DNA of 63,290 nucleotides, filler included, from Octopus bimaculoides (Eukaryota), in assembly GCF_001194135.2 (NCBI RefSeq). It is 7 parts of 7 records of this genome, joined end to end, with 100 filler letters (N's around TTAATTAATTAA, not from the genome) between each part and the next. Parts side by side here need not be neighbours in the genome. Positions count along the whole stretch, not along the records: positions 10,864 to 38,098 come from NC_068994.1; 6 more parts are not named here. One strand, written 5' to 3'. The notes under the pieces are model-generated. The model made no database searches and was not told the DNA's origin. It saw nothing but the letters and a program-made list of their open reading frames with translations. How positions within the stretch are numbered: the stretch's first letter is position 1; every line of letters starts with the position of its first letter. Shown piece by piece: positions 13,881-25,765 of the stretch. The position numbers were made by a program, and so were the translations under genes.

Positions 13881-14294
13881 ACCAGATATCTATATATATA
13901 TAAGAAGAAAAAGAAAATGGAGATTGGAAGTTAATAATTGTTTATTGTCAACAGCAAATTAATCATCNNNNNNNNNNNNNNNNNNNNNNNNNNNNNNNNN
14001 NNNNNNNNNNNNNNNNNNNNNNNNNNNNNNNNNNNNNNNNNNNNNNNNNNNNNNNNNNNNNNNNNNNNNNNNNNNNNNNNNNNNNNNNNNNNNNNNNNNN
14101 NNNNNNNNNNNNNNNNNNNNNNNNNNNNNNNNNNNNNNNNNNNNNNNNNNNNNNNNNNNNNNNNNNNNNNNNNNNNNNNNNNNNNNNNNNNNNNNNNNNN
14201 NNNNNNNNNNNNNNNNNNNNNNNNNNNNNNNNNNNNNNNNNNNNNNNNNNNNNNNNNNNNNNNNTATATATATATATATATATATATATCCTCA

Positions 14295-14596
14295 TCATCA
14301 CTATCTTCATCACCATCGTTTAACGTCTGTTTTCCATGCTGGTATGGGCTGGACGGTTTGCTTAAGGTCTGGAGAGCCAGTGGCTGCACCAGGCTCCAAT
14401 CTGATCTAGCAATGTTTCTACAGCTGAATGCCCTTCCTAACACCAACTACTCTGAGAGTATATTGGGTGCTTTTTACATGCCACTGGCATAGGAGTCAGT
14501 CAAATGGGCCTGGCATCAAGCACATTCGGATAGTGCTTTTTACCTGCCACCAGCATGGGAGCCAGTCAGGGGGCACTGGCATTGGCCACATTTAGA

Positions 14597-14600
<4 letters not shown>
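14295..14600 (-). mobile_element. RTE-type 3'UTR fragment
   Basis: catcgtttaacgtctgttttccatgct...cagctgaatgcccttcctaacaccaac...ggagccagtcagggggcactggc. Confidence 0.8.
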
Positions 14601-14633
<33 letters not shown>

Positions 14634-14634
<1 letters not shown>

Positions 14635-14899
14635 TCTTTACTCTCTCTTTTACTTGTTTCAGTCATTTGACTGTGGCCATGCTGGAGCACTGCCTTTAGT
14701 AAAGCAAATCAACCCCAGGACTTATTCTTTGTAAGCCTAGTACTTATTCTATTGGTCTCTTTTGCCAAACCGCTAAGTGACGGGGACATAAACACACCAG
14801 CATCGGTTGTCAAGCAATGCTAGGGGGACAAACACACACACACATATATACATATATACATATATATACGACGGGCTTCTTTCAGTTTCCATCTACCAA
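14634..14899 (-). mobile_element. SINE family A tail, internal microsatellite and body, cut by a gap
   Basis: actcttta...tacttgtttcagtcatttgactgtggccatgctggagc...ggggacaaacacac, then (TA/CA)n, then cgacgggcttctttcagtttcc; shows the bipartite structure of family A. Confidence 0.9.
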
Positions 14900-15287
14900 N
14901 NNNNNNNNNNNNNNNNNNNNNNNNNNNNNNNNNNNNNNNNNNNNNNNNNNNNNNNNNNNNNNNNNNNNNNNNNNNNNNNNNNNNNNNNNNNNNNNNNNNN
15001 NNNNNNNNNNNNNNNNNNNNNNNNNNNNNNNNNNNNNNNNNNNNNNNNNNNNNNNNNNNNNNNNNNNNNNNNNNNNNNNNNNNNNNNNNNNNNNNNNNNN
15101 NNNNNNNNNNNNNNNNNNNNNNNNNNNNNNNNNNNNNNNNNNNNNNNNNNNNNNNNNNNNNNNNNNNNNNNNNNNNNNNNNNNNTAATGGTGCTTTCATA
15201 CCGTTGGGCTTGGTAAAAATTATTAATTATAAATTGATTTATTAATTAATAAATTGATAATTCCTTTACCCTTTTAATTTGTAAATA

Positions 15288-15321
<34 letters not shown>

Positions 15322-15355
15322 CACATATATATATATATATATATATATATGTTAA

Positions 15356-15510
15356 AAGATTAATACAGAGTGTAACAAGAAGCATTTATTAGCACAACAG
15401 TCATTTTGGCTTCATACTGCACTGCTCCTAGGAGCAGTGCAGTAAGAAGCTGAAACGATTGTTGTGCTAATAAATGTTTCTTGCTACACTCCATCTTCCG
15501 TATTAGTCTT
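15356..15510. mobile_element. Palindromic MITE flanked by TTAA (Kolobok/piggyBac-type target)
   Basis: TTAA at 15352-15355 and 15511-15514; arms about 88% complementary over 15369-15490; perfect 30-bp central palindrome 15415-15444. Confidence 0.7.
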
Positions 15511-15751
15511 TTAAAATATACCCTATGTGTACCCTGGAATTCCAGGCATATATCCCATGACAAATGCGCAGTATTGCTGATGATGCCTGGTAGCCATAAG
15601 TGGTGAATGTGTTCTGCAGACCCACTACTTGGGACTTACCCTCAAACAATATTTGTGTACTGCATTTGACACCAACTTTCTAAACCTTAATTCTTTAATT
15701 TTTAATTTGACTGATATGTGTGTGTGTGTGCGTGTGTGTGTGTGTATATAC

Positions 15752-15785
<34 letters not shown>

Positions 15786-15890
15786 TATTATATGCACTAA
15801 CCACTGGAAGTGAATGACCCTTAGCTCTTGTTACAACATACTTCTAGGAGAAGTTAAACTCATATGAAAAAAATCCTTTAGTTCTGTCAG

Positions 15891-16126
15891 TTTCTTATTT
15901 CTTTATTGCCAACAAGGGGCTAAACATAGAGGGGACAAACAAGGACAGACAAACGGATTAAGTCGATTACATCGACCCTAGTGCGTAACTGGTACTTAAT
16001 TTATCAACCCCGAAAGGATGAAAGGCAAAGTCGACCTCGGCGGAATTTGAACTCAGAACATAACAGCAGACGAAATACTGCTAAGCATTTCGCCCAGTGT
16101 GCTAACTTTTCTGCCAACTCACCGAC
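15891..16126 (-). mobile_element. SINE family B, near full length
   Basis: tttcttatttctttattgcc...ccccgaaaggatgaaaggcaaagtcgacctcggcggaatttgaactcagaac...ctgccaactcaccg. Confidence 0.9.
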
Positions 16127-16194
16127 TATAGTATATCTATATATGTAAGTATATACACTTGTATATAAGAAATATGGATGTATATCTATGGATT

Positions 16195-16457
16195 GTGCAG
16201 GTGGCACATAAAATACATCATTTTGAGCATGGCCGTTGCCAGTATCGCCTGACTGGCCTTCGTGCGGGTGACACGCAAAAGCACCTACTACACTCCCAGA
16301 GTTGTTGGCATTAGGAAGGGCATCCAGCTGTAGAAACTCTGCCAAATCAGATTGGAGCCTGGTGTAGCCTTCGGGCTCCACCAGTCCTCAGTCAAATCGT
16401 CCAACCCATGCTAACATGGAAAGCGGACATTAAACGATAATGATGATGATGATGATA
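16195..16457 (+). mobile_element. RTE LINE 3'UTR with (GAT)n tail
   Basis: gttggcattaggaagggcatccagctgtag...aaagcggacattaaacgataatgatgatgat. Confidence 0.88.
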
Positions 16458-16603
16458 TATTCTTTCATTTATACAATGTGCATTCCAGAAGGTTTGAGAC
16501 TTATTTTTGTAGAGGCAGTCATAACTGTCCTAGATAGTTGTAATTTTAGTATATCATTACTATACATCTAATAAGCTGTCCTGCCAACTTTTTTTTATTC
16601 CAG

Positions 16604-17342
16604 ACTAGCAGTATAACCTGATGTTGTCCAGGTGTGACTTATTACGCCATCTACGGTAAGTCTTGCTAGGGGAAAATCAACTAAAAAAGAAAGCTTTACA
16701 ATGAAAAAACCCTTATGATGTAAATATGTTCATAATTCAAAAGACGATGAAATTAATAGGGAAAGTCTGAAGGCTGTTTTGCGTAACATTATTAAGTGTA
16801 CGTAAATTTCATCCGTCTAATTGGCTATACAAATGCTTGTGCAAAACAACTTTTTGCGCTGCCCTGATAATACATAGCAGGGTAATCCCTTTTAGCAGGA
16901 GCTAGGACGGCAATTTGTGACGAAGCAATTACTGGCGATCTGTTGCTACACAGTTTTGCCACAATTATATCAGATTGGGAAGAAGATATTGATGCACCAT
17001 TTTGCATTATGTTCAAAGTAGCTTCTGGAATGTGGTGAATTGCTGCAGTCTGTTGCTGTCTTTTTAAACCAGTTGCTTTCTTTCCCCAGCAAACTCTCTT
17101 CTTTGGAGGCATAATCTATGTATATATTAAACAAAACAACAAAAGTTATAATAGATGGCAGGGTTGGTAGTTTTCACATTTCTGTAATTTTTCAGATTAA
17201 CACCCACACGATTACCCATCCCTAACCCTAAAACCCTAAACCTAACGCTAATTCTAACCCTAACACATACCCTAACACCAACCCTAAACCCTAACCCTAA
17301 AACCCTAACCCTGACCCTAAAACCGTAACTTTAACGCTAACC

Positions 17343-17378
<36 letters not shown>

Positions 17379-17460
17379 TGTAACCCTAAAACCCTAATCC
17401 GAACACCCTAGTGAAAATCGTGGTATATTTACCAAACATTGACGAACATGAGTTATATTG
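16604..17460. mobile_element. Helitron/Helentron-like relic with a short ORF and telomere-like tract
   Basis: Starts actagcagtataacctgatgttgtccagg, similar to recalled non-autonomous Helitron ends; minus-strand ORF MPPKKRVCWGKK... (16825-17112); degenerate (TAACCC)n. Confidence 0.4.
17217..17410. repeat. Degenerate interstitial (CCCTAA)n telomere-like tract
   Basis: About 30 imperfect taaccc/aaaccc units. Confidence 0.9.
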
Positions 17461-17879
17461 TAGTTAATGATTGTGTGTACGTGTGTGTGTATGCCTTTGA
17501 GAGAGCAAGAGTGAAGAGCAAGAGAGGAAGAGGGAGAGAGAGGGGGAGAAAGGAATAGAGAATGGGAGCAATGAAGAGAGAGAAAGAGAGGAAGGGAGAA
17601 CGGAAGACAGTTATAAAATAGCAATGCATGCGCGTATTTATATAAGCAACACACACAAAGTAAATCTTATATCTATAATGTTGATGTGTGTATATGTTTA
17701 TGTGTATGTTGTTGTCACAGATCATGTATGTGCGGTTGTGTGTGTTTTTACATATCTATGTTATAAAAAATAGGTAAAAAATACTAAGAGGAAAGTTTAA
17801 TCTATGACTTTGTATGTATCACTTTCTCTCTCTCTCTCTCTCCCTCTTTTACTCTTACTCTCGATATTATATATTGAGC

Positions 17880-19153
17880 GCGTGATCGATGTGTAAGAAC
17901 GCCGTTAAAGTTAGAAGGGAAGATATATAAAAGTTGCTAGAAACAACAGACAAATCTCCCTTAAATCACACAAAGTAAATGGAATTTAAAAAATCTAATT
18001 ACTGCACTGGAAAGTTCACACCGAGAAAATTCCATTGATGTAAAAAATTCTTACAAAAAAGTGGAAAATGTGGATTTCTATAAACTTTTAAAAAGGCTTC
18101 ACACAGACACACATCTTCAGCTTTATATATTAAGATAAATGTCTTTGAATAACCAGTCACTCATCTGGGAAGGCCTTGAAATCAATGTTACCATCTGGGG
18201 ACTACGTGTGACCCAGTGATAATAAAAAAGACTCAAAGGAGGTCTGCAAGGAAATAACTTTACTCAACACTTTTCAACTGAATCAGTGGAGGCAAGGATG
18301 CCTCTCATTTACTTGACAATTTATACACCACATTGCAGAAATTACAATGTAAATATATCTCAAAGCAAACTCTTACACTGTTGTACCATTGAATTACAAA
18401 TAACGCTCATCTTTTGTGCTCGGGTGACCCTACAGCTTCCAAGAGTACAACTGTATTCGTCTTTACTTAGATAAAATGACTAAATTGTGGGTGTTAAGAC
18501 CTCATGAAGAGGTCTTTCTAACTTTTAAGAAGATGAAATTTTAGAAACATCACTTCATTTGTGTGTAATATCTATGGTTAAAATTTCATCAACAGCAAAA
18601 TTATATGAATTTTCATGGGGGTTATGGCCCTTATGAATAGAATATAATTACCAAATTTCATAAAGATCCATTCAGTACTTTTGACCTAGTTTTGGATCAT
18701 AAAAAATGACTAAAATTTGGGAGTTAAGGTCCCCATTAGGGGGTCATAGAATCCCCATGGGAAGTGGAAAGTTTGAGAATACAGCTTGATGTGTGTCAAT
18801 TACTCATGGTTGAAATTTCATCAACATCGAAAATTTATGAATTTTCATGGGGGTTCTTCCCTCTTTAAACCATCTCAAATTGAAACCAAACATACTGCAT
18901 TATACCTGCCTTTATGCATTGAATATAAGTTCCAAATATCATAAGGATCCATTCAGTAATTTTGGTCCAAGAAATTGTACGAAACACACAGTATTACCCT
19001 TCTCCCTAGGCTTGGATTTTGTGTTCCAAATTTCATTAGGATCGGTGCAGTAGTTTTCGAATGTATAAGTAACACACGAACACACATAAAGACACTGACT
19101 TTTATATAATAGATATGAAGATACACATATACATACATGTATGTGTGTGTGTG

Positions 19154-19198
<45 letters not shown>

Positions 19199-19617
19199 CA
19201 TATACACATAAAAAGATAGATTGATAGATACAATTGAGTGGGCAAACAAAAATATGAGACACTGCCTAGTGATTTTTTTGTATTTTGATAAGTCTGGTAC
19301 TTATTCTATCAGTTTCTTCTTGTGAAACAAGTAAGTTATGGGGATGTAAATAAACGAACAGTAGTTGTGAAGCAGTGATGAGGGAGAAACACAAAGACAA
19401 AGACACAGCCATTCACTTACATATATACATACATATATATACGATTGATTTCTTTCAGTTTCTGACTGGATTTTGTAGAAATCCAGTTACAAGGCTTTGG
19501 TTGGTCTGAGGCTATAGCAGAAGACACATGCCAAGTCACCACACAGTGGGACTGAACCCAGGACCATGTGTTTTGGAACCAAGTTTCTTACCATACAGCC
19601 ACACCTGCACCTATGTA

Positions 19618-19655
<38 letters not shown>

Positions 19656-20297
19656 TGTATATATGTATGCATGTATATATGTGTATATATATGTGTACAT
19701 ATTACATGTACATCTACACATATACATGTATACATATACATCTATATCTATATATATACATCTATACATATACATGTATACATATACATCTATATATATA
19801 CATCTATATATATATATACATACATACATGTATATGTATATATATACATACACATACATACATACATACATACATACATGCATACATGCATACACATACA
19901 TAACATATATATATATTATATATATGTAAGTATATATACATGTATGTATACTGTATATATGTGAGATAATAGTTTCACTTTAATAATAGTTTCACTTTAA
20001 TAGTTTCAGCATTGAAGTGAAAGTATTAAAGTGAAAATACCTGACATTACAATAGAGAGATGCTATTGTTTCACTTTTGACACGTAATACTGAAATAGTG
20101 GAGGAGATATGATATTGCTCTGGGCTCGCATTAGGCAAGAAGTTAAAAAATTTTTTGGCCTAAAACACTACATGGACCCTAAGTAAGGCATGCGTAAAAT
20201 CTGAATGAAATTGGTTGTGTAGTTCTCAAGTTTAAGGGATTCACACAGACAGACAGACACACACATACACATTCTCATCTTTATATATATACAGATA
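17880..20297 (+). mobile_element. Cluster of three DINE-1/Helentron-associated-like non-autonomous elements (about 17880-18137, 18500-19113, 19960-20297), interspersed with SINEs and microsatellites
   Basis: Each ends cacacaga(c)...(c)ttta(ta)ta..agat; internal repeats of ccaaatttcat.a.gatc...cagta resemble this class. Confidence 0.55.
19441..19611 (-). mobile_element. SINE family A head and body
   Basis: ctttcagtttc...acaaggctttggttggtctgaggctatag...cagtgggactgaacccagg...acagccacacc. Confidence 0.85.
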
Positions 20298-20310
20298 GAT
20301 ATCTTTTATC

Positions 20311-20667
20311 TTTTACTAGTTTCAGTTATTAGACTGTGGTCATACTGGGGCACCATCTTGAAGAATTTTAGTCGAACGAATGACCCCAGTACTTATTTTT
20401 TGTATTTGTCTCTTTTGCCAAACTGCTAAGTTACAGGGACATAAACACACCAACACTAGTTGTCAAGTAGTAGTAGGGGACAAACACAAATACAAAGACA
20501 TACACACATCGATGGACCTCTTCCAGTTTCTGTTTACCAAATCCACTCACAAAGCTTTGGTTGGCTCAGTTAGACAACACTTACCCAAGATTCCATGAAG
20601 TGGAACTGAACCAGGAGCCATGTGGTTGGGAAGCAAATATTTTAAAACACAGCCACGTCTGTGCCTA
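20311..20667 (-). mobile_element. SINE family A, near full length
   Basis: Tail, short microsatellite and tRNA-like head all present. Confidence 0.85.
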
Positions 20668-21014
20668 TATATTAAAACAGAAAAGTGGTAACATTTGTGG
20701 GTACTATTTATTATGCATTACCTATGTTTCATTACTAACAGTCACCTATGTAACTTCTGTTAGTAATGAAACATATGTAACATGGAATAATACCAAAAAA
20801 TATTTTCAGTTTTCTGTTTTAACAGGCAATTACTCTGCAATAAGTATTTTACAATATTTAACAGTATTTTTAACTCCCATATAAAATATACCAGCTACAA
20901 ATACAGCTGTGCTTCATGAGTACACAGCTTGAGTTGTAACTCTATCTACATACAATATGTGTGTGTGTGTGTGGATTAATAAATGTGAAATTCTGTTTGT
21001 CCATCTGGGACCCT

Positions 21015-21180
21015 GTATCTCAAACTACATTTACTCCACATAGACACATTATACCTTTTTGGAATCGGGATGAACCTGGGATTGAAAATCTGCCCCTCAT
21101 TTGGTTCTTGAACATCCAGCATTGGGATCTGATTTAAAAGCATTTGGGTTGCTATTGCTGGCGTTTGTCAGATGACATCA
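21015..21180 (+). pseudogene. Degraded Chapaev3-like transposase C-terminal fragment
   Basis: LKLHLLH...DEPG followed 24 codons later by YCW(RLSDD); resembles the recalled motif LK.HFLHSH...SDE.GERFHQD...DYCW.L.RD with similar spacing. Confidence 0.4.
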
Positions 21181-22034
21181 GAGATCAAGAGAGAGACATT
21201 CACTTCATTGATTTTATGTCGAGCTAAGAACTTTGGGACAAATTAGTCAACAGTTGGAATTCAACTTGGGATTGGAACAATACAATGATTGCATTACAGA
21301 ATTAATTCTCATCCGTCCTCAACCTCTGATTAAACACCACTGGGGCATATAGTCATTATAGATGTATTATAGTCATACTATTTAGCAATCTTTAGTTTTG
21401 GGCCACAAGCCCAATTAGCCCTCCACAGGAGTGCTGCTTTTAAACTAGTATGTAATATATTATATAGTTCACTTATTTTCTCTATTTTTATCACGCTTTG
21501 TATTATTCCCTTACTGTCTCCTGTATAATGCTTTATCAAGGTTGTCTCTGAAGGCATTGTCAATAAAATTCTTATAAATATCAGACTGTATATTCAAAGG
21601 TACTTGCGAAGGTAATAATTTCATCCTCGTCAGATGTCACAGTTAAGCACATTATCAATAAATGATCTGGAGCAGTAACTCATTATTTAATATTGAAGAG
21701 TTATTTCCATTACCTAAGGAAAGGTCAGCTTTGAAATTCGGATCTGATGGAATAAAATGTTATAGACTAGCAAATACACCTGTCCTTTGGACGGTTCAAG
21801 TTGCTTTGGTGGTATTTTTTACACTAAATAATTGAACTACCGAGAAAGCTTATGAGTAGCACAACAATCTATGTCTCTGATTAACCTACGAACGGAAAAC
21901 CAAATTGAAGGCTGGTTATTGTGGAGGTCGTTGCACTTTAATGATCTTAGAACATATAAGTTTGCAAGCGATGCAAAGTAGAGCTACTGAAGAGTTTGGG
22001 AGTAGATTATGGATAATAACTACAAAATATAGTT

Positions 22035-25000
22035 GTTTTACCTGTCTCAGGTGTAGCGTATAAAGTGAAGATTGTCCTGGATCGACCTGCCTGGGGTGGC
22101 ACATGTCTGCGCCTTCCCTACAAGTTTCTCCACAACACACGTCAACCTTTTGGCTAACACCTTGGGTAAAATCTTTAATTCTATGTTAAATAGAGTTATC
22201 GGCCGATAGTCACCACTCCCCGACTCACAGAGCTGGGAATCCTCCTATTGTGTTGCTCATTTGTGTAGACGCTGGCCAGCAGGTCCCAGAACAAGTCCAG
22301 CATACTATGATAAAACCCATAGGGTAAACCATCCAGCCACGGCGACTTTTCCCGTGCGCACTCAGCCAACAACTCTTTTACCTCCGCAGGAGTAATCGGT
22401 CCTTCACAGCATTCTGCTTTCCATTCTGAGAGTTGCGGCCGACCGGGTAGGAAGTCCTTTAAGGGTCCCCCATGCTCAAGCGCATCGCTCTCCTTGAACA
22501 ACCGGGCGAAATGCTGATGAAAGGCCTTTTGCATCATTTCCTGTCCATAGATCTTGCGCTCCTGTTTGTCAGTTAAAGACTTTATAGAGGCTTTTTCTTT
22601 TTTTGCCCCTCTGACTCTCTGCACTACTTACCCATCCGGCAATGTTAATACCTTCTTGACCCACTGCACGTAACTTATCTCTAACTCTGCAGCCTTCGTG
22701 TTTGGCATTGAGGTGACGGTACAGGGCCGTTCTCGCCGCCTGCACTCTAGAAGTGGAACCAAAGTCCATAGCCTCGTCTAAATTCTTAACTAATTCCCCT
22801 TCTATTCTAGATCTATCTAAACTTAGCAGATTGCTAAATCTAATAGACTCTAAACGAATGACTCTCTTGAGGGCGTGCCACCATCTATTATTAATGATGG
22901 CACCACATAGTGCCCTCTGTACTAACTCCTTAATCTGGGCACGGAGGGCTTCATGAGTCAAAATAGACGTGTTCATCTTCCAGTACCCCGGTCCCTGTCT
23001 ATGACATTTATCTATATGTACCTCACCGTGTAAGGTACAAAACAAAATTGTGGACAGCTAAAAGTATCCTTATCTCTATCTCTAACGAATACCCTATCTA
23101 TGTAAGATTTGCGTGAGCCGTCGTTATTACTCCACGTCTACTGTGGAACGAATGGCTCATCCAGTCTGTAATGGTCTACTAGATTATAGCTCTCTAGTAG
23201 ACCCTTGAGGTCAGGATTTCCCCTCCTATCAGTCGAGCCAACACTATTCACTCGTGCATCGAGGATAGTGTTAAAGTCTCCTAACAGAACTACCATTTTT
23301 GACGTCACTAGAAGGTGCTCCAGGCCTCAGAAGAAAAAAACAAAACAGACTGCCCACGGTCGTTAGGAGCGTAGACAGCTACCAGCCTGAAGGACTGTTT
23401 ACTTTCGTGAGTCACATCCAGGATGACCAGCCTACCTTCTGGGTCCAGAAAGACAGTACTTACCTACACATCCAAGTTCTTCCTGAAAAAGACCACTCCT
23501 CCTCATCAGCTAGGAGAAATAAATTTCTGATAGCCATTCAGAAGAGGTGAGAACGCTTGTGGTCCACTCATCTTGGACTCAGTTGCAATGGCTACATCTA
23601 TATCTCGTGTCCTAAGGTCGTCTAGAAAACAAACCTATCTCCATTTCGATCCCAGTCCACGTACATTTATGCACTCTAACTTAATCATTGTTGAGAAAAA
23701 TAAAAAGGATAACTTTCAGTCGAGTTTCAATTTGGGGAGGGGTTGCACCAATTTGCCTGCCTCCCCATCTTTCTCTTTATTTGGTGTAGCTGCTGGACTT
23801 TTCGATAGTGTCGCCGTAGGGCTTTCTCTTGGTGTGGCTGCCAGACTAACAATTAACTTGCCCTCAGCCACTTCCGCACTCACATCTCTAATGTCATCTG
23901 AGTAGCGTGCTTTAAGCTCTGTATAGAAAGTTTCCTCCATCTTAGCAAATCGAATGTCAGTTTTATTGTCTTTTAATACTTTGTAAACTCTTGCTTTGTG
24001 GTGTGATCTAATGATTGTGTTTGATACCTCGTTTTTTTTTTTCTCTGAATGCTATTATTTTTTCTTTTTTTCCATGTGTTTTGGGGAGGGGTTTGGCAAA
24101 TTATTTTACCGCGGGACTGGATTGGGGAGTTTGGCTATGTGTGTCTGCATGCTTCGATGATTTTTTTGTTTGGGGAGTCCGGGACATGTGCTTTCTTCCG
24201 TTTATGTGTTACAGTAGTGAAGTCCATATCTTCACTTGTGTCTTTTTTCTCTGTGTCTTTTTTCTCAGTGTCTTTTTTCTCTTCCACTTTTCCCGTCTTT
24301 TTTTCAGTTGTATTTTCAGGTTTTTTCCGCCGCTTTTACTTCTTTTGTCACTTTTTGGGGAGGGGCCTCATTTTCTTTTTTATTTTTCGTAGACCTAGAG
24401 CAGATGTGGACCTTCTCTCCACACTTGAAGCATCTGGGCCTACGTCCCTCTACGGCTACTCGTATGGAGAGCCCCTCCCCTACAAATACCCTACCGGGCA
24501 AATTTTCTAAGGTTTCATTAGAAGCTTGTACCACTAATTCGAGTGTTTGGCCTTTCCAATTTATCGCATCTTTCTTTTTCATTTGCAAGATGGTTACTTT
24601 CTCCTCCACGTCATATATTACCGCTGCCGTCACCCACAAAACTTCAATAGTGATTTTAGCCTACCTGCAGCCTAAGTAGGTGGGCAGCAGCATAATTTCT
24701 TCATTTTTTAGTGTCTTTGTTGACACTTCCTTCGCTACGTTAGCCGATAGGAACTGCGCTTCGGCAGTCGCGCTACGTGTTCCCCGGCTAACGTAGCATA
24801 CCTTGTTCCAAATTGGTGCCATGCACCTCTCTACCACCTCATTTTTCGCCTCCATAAATTTTTTTCTTTTTCAGGTTATAAACCTCATATACCACTGTTC
24901 AGGCATTAATTTCTGCAACTGTTTCAGGGGGCGGCAACAGCTGAGTGTCACCGCCACTTTTTTTATTAAATTCCTGAACTTCTAGAACTGTTCCATTTTC

Positions 25001-25140
25001 ACTTCATGTTCTGTTTCGTTCCTGCTCACCGCAGCTGAGAAACTTGGTTTTTTTTTCTGTATATCCTTGTTCACACTGGTACACTCCTTTCCCATCACAG
25101 GCAAGTCCTTTAGGGATTCAATACTGAATTCCATAACGCA
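22035..25140 (-). mobile_element. L1/Tx1-clade non-LTR retrotransposon: ORF1 (about 25134-23716) and ORF2 endonuclease-RT (about 23690-22035), 3' truncated and degraded
   Basis: ORF1 zinc knuckle RPRCFKCGEKVHICS; APE motifs LVAVYAPN, LLGDFN, IDRVF; GPGYWKMN; KSPWLDGLPYGFY; RT motifs DNRPITL and PGRSIQDN. Confidence 0.92.
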
Positions 25141-25765
25141 ACACTTTTCAACTTTGTCACAAATGATAAAATTTCAAAAAATAATAAAGTAACGCCCAGC
25201 AATGGGCAAATCAACAGTTCAATAAATTTTCAGAAAAAAATAATCTAAACGAATTTTTAACAGTATTTTCAGCCCCATAGGGCGAAAATTTCTGTTTCCA
25301 AACGACAACAGTTCAAATTATGATAAAGTACACAAAAATACAATGACAGAAAAAACACATGGAAACGAACTCACATAACAGTTGGTGGCAATCTCATAAT
25401 ACAACATGCAGAAAAAAGTAGGCGTGGCTTGTTAGCTGAATTTTTTATTAAGATAAGAATGTCACATATACAGCACAGGACAACACATACAAATGAAGTT
25501 CATGCGAGTTCGAATGAACCTTATTTAAAAAATTTCATGTAAAGATGAATTTTATATTATTAGGTTGTCAAGAAAGTTCTTGTGGTTTTTAACCTTTAAA
25601 TTCAGATGCACATATCTCGGTTCAAACAAAACTTTATTAATCGAAATAAACACCATCAGAATCAACACACTTTTGCCAGTGCGAAACAAGTTTATCTATG
25701 TCAGTAGCGTAAAAATCCTGCATTCTGGTGGCGATGAAGTCGTTGAAGGTGTGTTTGGCATCGTC

